NCBI RefSeq assembly: GCF_000341395.1
Contig: NC_020304.1
Location: 3,900,001-3,932,000 of the forward strand
DNA length: 32,000 nucleotides
Reading direction: 5' to 3'
Origin: Desulfocapsa sulfexigens DSM 10523
GTDB lineage: Bacteria > Desulfobacterota > Desulfobulbia > Desulfobulbales > Desulfocapsaceae
Within the stretch, counting starts at the first letter, position 1; each line of letters begins with the position of its first letter. Below are positions 29,201 through 32,000 of this stretch, one piece after another. Below the pieces are notes generated by a model. That model had not been told where the DNA came from. It saw only the letters and a list, made by a program, of their open reading frames with translations, and searched no databases. The position numbers and the translations under genes were made by a program.

Positions 29201-30366
29201 GTGCAAATGAGGTGGATGCTGAAAGCAGCATCAGCTTTGATACCAGCGGAAACAAACCAATACTTTTGATTGATGGAGAACCCGCCACACACCCCGTCTA
29301 TTTTACCGAACCTGGTTTTAACCCCGACGGCAAGGATCATTTTCATTTCGAATCAGATGGTGAAGGTGGTACCTTCATCAAAATAGAAGACTTACCCGAC
29401 CTTGGGGATGCTGATTTTGAAGATGTGGTGCTTCACACCAACTTCGCGATGGATGACAGGACAATAGTAGAAGAATCCATACTTGACGAACAGTTAAATA
29501 ATTCCATAGCAACAGGGATTGCCACAGCCGGATTTGATACTTCCATAACCGATACTGAAGCAAACGGCATCCATAGCGAAGCGATGGAAGATCTCTCTCT
29601 CAATATGCCATTCCTTACTCTGCCAGGTGACGCTGAAGGGAGCGAACAGGCGGCCGAACCCCAGGAAACAGCAATTGTAACGCAGGACACAGTTCTTCAG
29701 GCTGACACCCCTGTTTCAGAATCATTCACGGAAGACAGCCAACAGAGTTTGAATCCACCCACAGATGATGACCTGGCGCTTTCACTCCCCTCCATATCTC
29801 TCAATGATCTCTTTGACGAACCGGCTGACAACAATTACGATCCTGCAGTAACTACTGAAAACGAAACAAGCGCTGTTAGTAATACCGATGAGAATACGAA
29901 TCCTGCAAATGAAGCAGCAACAGACACAACTGATGAGACATCGACTACCGAAGCTGTGGGTCAGGAACCTCAGGAAGAACTTGTAGATGATGCCACTGAT
30001 TTACATAGTATTGCTGGCAGTGAGGTTGAAGAAACTGAATTAAATACCGATAACTTACATATAGATCTTGCGAGTGATACTGAATCCGAGTCGTCAACAA
30101 ATTCAGAGGACGAAAGCAGCAGTCTTGATCGATTTGCAGCAACATCAGCCAATGCATCGGAAGATAACGATAACTCTCCTCTTGACAACTTCTCTGCCTG
30201 CAGTCAGTCCGAAGAAACATCAGAATTCTCATCGGTTGAAGAAATTGACACCATAGACGACAATGCCACAGACCAGGTAGACGATGCCGGGTTAAATGAT
30301 GTTAATGCTATCCAGGAAGACCTTTCCCAAGAAGCGGAACAGGTTGACGCGAATGGTGCATGTTGA
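23221..30366 (+). CDS. 2381-aa modular type I-secreted surface/adhesin-like protein (Ig/cadherin-like, VCBS, tandem-95-like, LamG-like and DUF4114 modules)
   Basis: SD GGAG then ATG; no signal peptide; VCBS-type segment (AEDTLQTASGQLTVVDPDADEAHFTAETIEGTYGFLDVATDGSWTYNLNND...DTVTDTLTVTSADGS), EDTGLTINADTLLANDSDVDGDSLSI cadherin-like segments, DUF4114-like endings (IKIEDLPDLGDADFEDVVLHTNF), very acidic Asp/Thr/Ser-rich composition. Confidence 0.9.
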   Translation: MSSENNPVSSSSSPIGNSTENTQQDWMDLDQQGVAGETLKAKKWTTQRRLVDDASYQGNIHTGTEATTELNKSDTLSGDALNYQSIANEGKETQDNNGPEEFSDESQRGLSPDMDSLNRTDTPSATSAAYEHTTEAESLVTSSGSDTLKFEEHIDEAKSHGRTATENKSTTRLAQPAATETPPEDLPLENSSQERNTATVSELQQKSEISDAVDPSTQTPTTAPGSAPEPVPDHEIITESSASAPILTTADAIGVEDTMIAIDISSQLTDTDGSESLAITIGGVPEGAFLSAGTSLGNGEWQLTPDQLENLSLTPPANSDEDFSLTVTATSTESHGGQQNSRSEIIDFFIEAVPDTPELTTVAATGTEDTAITLDISTALTELDGSEILSAITLSGLPEGSIVSAGTQNIDGSWSVAQDDLEGLQLTPPKDYSDNFEINLSVTATDSNGSTSTSTAVLPVTITAAPDEAVISGSGAILAEDTLQTASGQLTVVDPDADEAHFTAETIEGTYGFLDVATDGSWTYNLNNDADTVQQLGTGDTVTDTLTVTSADGSTHDLVMTITGTNDAISVVSDSNTAPNTIMENAADGTEIHLSGLATDADGDAILYTLVDDQGNEITNGPFSINRESGVVTLQDRSLIDYETESSHTLHIQASSADGTSSTSDFQVQIEDVDIIKTTDLGGDVNGTAVTFTVTGDHYDPKNIQDVGAGSPHYRIRVNGEPLEIDGQNTFSVEANRGHIEDNHVVRDGNDVELVTFRVPQGTDVDSVSIEFINDAYDTSSDRDGDGITTEDRNLVVKELNIGGTVNDDGSIDGGTTLQAEDIEVSQYIASNGADVSGREVMPWQGSMTFYPDGVPQEAPILVDDNANISEDSAVVLTGNILSNDTDANNGSNFSVTGLSGVTVLQDNFDDGNADGWVEISSNGADTDRWQVVDGAIGEKSNSAKGIMAHDMGDSADSTNYEVSVDIHANAGDTYNNNVGLTFGYEDNANYYMIKWDDYSDNYSESSTHKDFQLIKVEDGHQTIIDQIDHAELPSDFTLSVNVSNDSGISISVDGEEKLRAADEHPAINTIGLNTGDNDSGISYDNVSVINNDIPIEDTTSIDGTYGTLTLNQDGSYSYELNDANNDVQMLHDGEQLTETFAVNVLENHSGEAGTETLNITINGSNDGPVAINDSTVSELATVFQDDFNDGNTDGWTEISYNDADTGNWQAVDGAIGERSNSARGIMAHNMGDDAESTNFEVSVDVHANSGQTGNNNVGITFGYEDNSNYYMVKWDDYSENYSESSTHKDFQLIKVENGHQTIIDQIDQADLPSDFNLSVNVSDDNGIAIMVDGKEMLTAVDEHPAINTIGLNTDDNDGGISYDNVSVKVASDQTIVTDEDSSIVVTADSLLANDTDVEGDTLSISAVSENVLDVDGNIVGTASQDDSGNIVFTPGDALDALAEGESTNVNFTYTVSDGQGGTDTATATITVTGKDNDLTYVSESAGYKNVVGMYETDDQGNPVSGTVIIDDQNGMAGGTHLADLEPGNYEFFIIANGANEVDTESSISFDTSGDKPILLIDGEPAAHPVYFTEPGFNPDGKDHFHFESDGEGGTFIKIEDLPDLGDADFEDVVLHTNFEMDDRTASGELSDGDQAANSVVENTAPEAIADIADIKAFELPEGGSIVSTESNTIVVKGEIVTEGDTGSSVDQWTFHHGGGPLTIDTLSESGTNFTDIDGDGAKNHIDTMMRLYDEDGNQVAMNDDSSMQTGDGSTNDYFSHIQDSYIQVDDLPPGNYSLAIGSWELTQDEVANGHNDNSDQNIRYDHAQDTGPYQITLTGDVSFSEESPLATDEDTGLTINADTLLANDSDVDGDSLSIVAVGTPVDADGKVVGTTELVTENGEQQIRFVPGAQLDSLETGESSSVSFSYTIDDGQGGTDTATATITVAGTDNDLTYVSESAGYKNVVGMYETDDQGNPVSGTVIIDDQNGMAGGTHLADLEPGNHEFFIIANGANEVDAESSISFDTSGNKPILLIDGEPATHPVYFTEPGFNPDGKDHFHFESDGEGGTFIKIEDLPDLGDADFEDVVLHTNFAMDDRTIVEESILDEQLNNSIATGIATAGFDTSITDTEANGIHSEAMEDLSLNMPFLTLPGDAEGSEQAAEPQETAIVTQDTVLQADTPVSESFTEDSQQSLNPPTDDDLALSLPSISLNDLFDEPADNNYDPAVTTENETSAVSNTDENTNPANEAATDTTDETSTTEAVGQEPQEELVDDATDLHSIAGSEVEETELNTDNLHIDLASDTESESSTNSEDESSSLDRFAATSANASEDNDNSPLDNFSACSQSEETSEFSSVEEIDTIDDNATDQVDDAGLNDVNAIQEDLSQEAEQVDANGAC
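25929..26487 (+). repeat. copy 1 of about 559-bp intragenic repeat (LamG/concanavalin-like module, DDFDDGNADGWVEIS...ISYDNVSV)
   Basis: Aligns without indels to 26766..27324 at offset 837 bp (279 codons). Confidence 0.85.
26766..27324 (+). repeat. copy 2 of about 559-bp intragenic repeat
   Basis: DDFNDGNTDGWTEISYNDADTGNWQAVDGAIGERSNSARGIMAHNMGDDAESTNFEVSVDVHANSG...ISYDNVSV; offset 837 bp from copy 1. Confidence 0.85.
27591..28091 (+). repeat. copy 1 of about 500-bp near-identical repeat (end of cadherin-like module + DUF4114-like module)
   Basis: DGQGGTDTATATITV...DNDLTYVSESAGYKNVVGMYETDDQG... to ...VVLHTNFEMDD; matches 28959..29459 at constant offset 1368 bp. Confidence 0.9.
28959..29459 (+). 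repeat. copy 2 of about 500-bp near-identical repeat
   Basis: Same sequence as copy 1 with scattered substitutions; offset 1368 bp = 456 codons. Confidence 0.9.
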
Positions 30367-30379
30367 ACAAACAAAACCG

Positions 30380-30410
30380 GATAACCTGACAGTTTGTCGG
30401 ATATCTTTTT
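30380..30410 (+). terminator. probable rho-independent terminator after the large surface protein gene
   Basis: Imperfect hairpin GATAaCCtGACA-GTT-TGTCGGaTATC (30380-30405) followed by TTTTT. Confidence 0.55.
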
Positions 30411-30557
30411 CAGGGCCAGAGGTGAATTGTTTAAAGTTAAGCAGTGACAAAGCTACTTTAATAACATAGGATTATGGAGTAGCATCTGTTTATGTCATGT
30501 ACAGAATAGTTTTTAATCCTGTATGTTAGTATTTACTCTTAACTTGTATTCATTTGC

Positions 30558-32000
30558 ATGATTGTGACATTTTGTGCCATCTTAGGATTGTCACCAAAAA
30601 TTCGTTCAAACATCAGTACGCTGGTGTTGTGTTTAAGTACACTGTGGCTGACAGGATTATTACTTCCAACTCCTGCCCATACAACATCCATCCGTCTTCA
30701 TGAGATCAAGACGACAGATTCTTTTACCACCAGCAGCCTTTCACTACCGAGAACTATAACTACAAAAGAAACAGAAGACCAGGCAACAACTGAATTTTTC
30801 AGCCCCGGTTCAACACGTTCCGAGCCCGATATTCTCAAGGTATATAAAGCACTGTTCAAGCAAACCTGGGAACAATCACCTGATATTCAGGTTGCCAGGA
30901 AAATGAAACAACAGAAAGCAGCAGAGCAATACACCGCCTGGGCCAACAGAATTTCCCCACAACTCGATTTTGAAATTGCTCAGAAACGTTTCCTGAACAA
31001 AGACCTAGCCGACGACACCATACAGACCAGCCTTGAAGAAGAAGTCCCATACACTGACGGAAAGGATATAACAGACTGGAATTTTGATCTGGATATTCCT
31101 CTCTACCGCCGTCCCCTTTCACTGGCTATTGATGTATCACGGATAGAATACGAGCTCGCAGCCAATAATCTTGAAATTAAAACCCGTGAACTTGATGCCC
31201 GGCTCCATGAATTGCTTGGGAACTACATGGTTGCCTCCTACAACCTGCATAATCTCGAAAACTCCATTTTTATTTCCGGTGAACATGTTAACAAAATTCA
31301 GCGTGGTTACGATTTACGGGACCAGACCAAACTGGCCCTACTGAGAGCTCAGGCGAACCTGAAGGAACTTGAAGCCAGAAGAGACCTCAACGGACAGAGA
31401 CGTGACACCACATTTCGGGAGCTTCTCGATTTCACTGCTATCCCCGAGAATGACCCCACTTGGCACTGGCTAAAAGAACTTCTTAACAGTGAACAACGTA
31501 CAGCAGGCTGTATTAACAGCTTTTCAGCATTACAGACAGGCACTGAAAAGATGCAGCCATTTCTGACTGAAGCATTAACGGAGGCGGAGCTACGTGATTT
31601 TTTTGTAAACAACAGCCTGCTCTATAAAAAGATTCTCCTCGAACGTAATCTCGGCAAAATCAAAGCAAAAAAATATACGCAACAGGAATGGCCGGCACTC
31701 TTCGTACGAGGAGAGTTTGACAGAAAAGCAGACACGCAGTTTAACGACTACAACGGTGAGGGCTCCATTGGCCTGGTTCTAAGCGTACCACTCTTCAGTG
31801 GCGGAACAATATTCAGTAATATCAAAACAGAAACTATGGCTTCCGATATTACTTCCATAGAAGAACATTCAACTATTTTAAGAACCTTCAATTCCATTGC
31901 CAATAAGAAAAAAACAATTTCCAGCTTACGCGATATATATGAAAAACAGCAAATCCACCTGCAGCAGCAGCAGGAGATTGTACGACTATCCCTCAAGTCC
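30558..32000 (+). CDS. TolC-family outer membrane protein (type I secretion channel), partial, runs off right edge
   Basis: Frame open from ATG 30558 to the window end: hydrophobic N-terminus (NISTLVLCLSTLWLTGLLLPTPAHT), long helical repeats, ELEARRDLNGQRRDTTFRELLD, WPALFVRGEFDRKADTQFNDYNGEGSIGLVLSVPLFSGGT (TolC-typical LxxPLFxGG). Start codon uncertain (no clear SD). Confidence 0.85.
   Translation, partial: MIVTFCAILGLSPKIRSNISTLVLCLSTLWLTGLLLPTPAHTTSIRLHEIKTTDSFTTSSLSLPRTITTKETEDQATTEFFSPGSTRSEPDILKVYKALFKQTWEQSPDIQVARKMKQQKAAEQYTAWANRISPQLDFEIAQKRFLNKDLADDTIQTSLEEEVPYTDGKDITDWNFDLDIPLYRRPLSLAIDVSRIEYELAANNLEIKTRELDARLHELLGNYMVASYNLHNLENSIFISGEHVNKIQRGYDLRDQTKLALLRAQANLKELEARRDLNGQRRDTTFRELLDFTAIPENDPTWHWLKELLNSEQRTAGCINSFSALQTGTEKMQPFLTEALTEAELRDFFVNNSLLYKKILLERNLGKIKAKKYTQQEWPALFVRGEFDRKADTQFNDYNGEGSIGLVLSVPLFSGGTIFSNIKTETMASDITSIEEHSTILRTFNSIANKKKTISSLRDIYEKQQIHLQQQQEIVRLSLKS

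Noticed and set aside
23469-30232. Many minus-strand and alternate-frame ORFs inside the large surface protein gene (e.g. 24684..25037, 27306..27659, 29041..29346)
   Set aside because: All lie fully inside the 7.1-kb coding frame, and several are duplicated only because the underlying DNA repeats are (27673..27978 and 29041..29346). Low-complexity Ser/Val-rich translations are expected from the complement of Asp/Thr-rich coding sequence.
30300-30557. Possible frameshift truncating an RTX C-terminus of the large protein
   Set aside because: The region downstream of the stop contains no RTX-like or acidic Gly/Asp-rich coding sequence in any frame I could read, and a terminator-like hairpin follows directly. 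Orthologues would be decisive.
1-32000. CRISPR arrays, tRNA/rRNA genes, IS elements or phage genes
   Set aside because: No regularly spaced short repeats, tRNA/rRNA-like sequences, transposase/integrase motifs or terminal inverted repeats were seen. The only long repeats are the intragenic modules reported above.

Overview
The window looks like a Gram-negative, Desulfobulbaceae-like chromosome segment (lineage is inference from gene content). The first half is mostly housekeeping: CCA-adding enzyme/poly(A) polymerase, thioredoxin-like protein, Dus, a minus-strand envelope-precursor cluster (glmS > DUF1343/NamZ-like > lpxD > fabZ > lpxA > lpxI > sugar-nucleotidyltransferase) with overlapping junctions, pyrE, a PilZ protein, hflX, an aminotransferase, a sigma-54 activator response regulator and an Fe-S flavoprotein. 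The second half (about 16.7-32 kb) is a type I secretion/large surface protein locus. It encodes two translationally coupled ABC permease/ATPases with complementary defects in their nucleotide-binding motifs, an HlyD-family adaptor and a REC-HATPase regulator. These are followed by a GEMM-I (c-di-GMP class I) riboswitch whose 3' strand is also the 5' arm of an intrinsic terminator (predicted ON switch), a 2381-aa modular VCBS/cadherin-like/DUF4114 protein without recognisable RTX nonapeptides, and a TolC-family protein running off the window edge. The most interesting candidate system is this c-di-GMP-gated, probably heterodimeric and degenerate ABC adhesin-export cassette. All motif calls were read by eye from the sequence; no searches were run.
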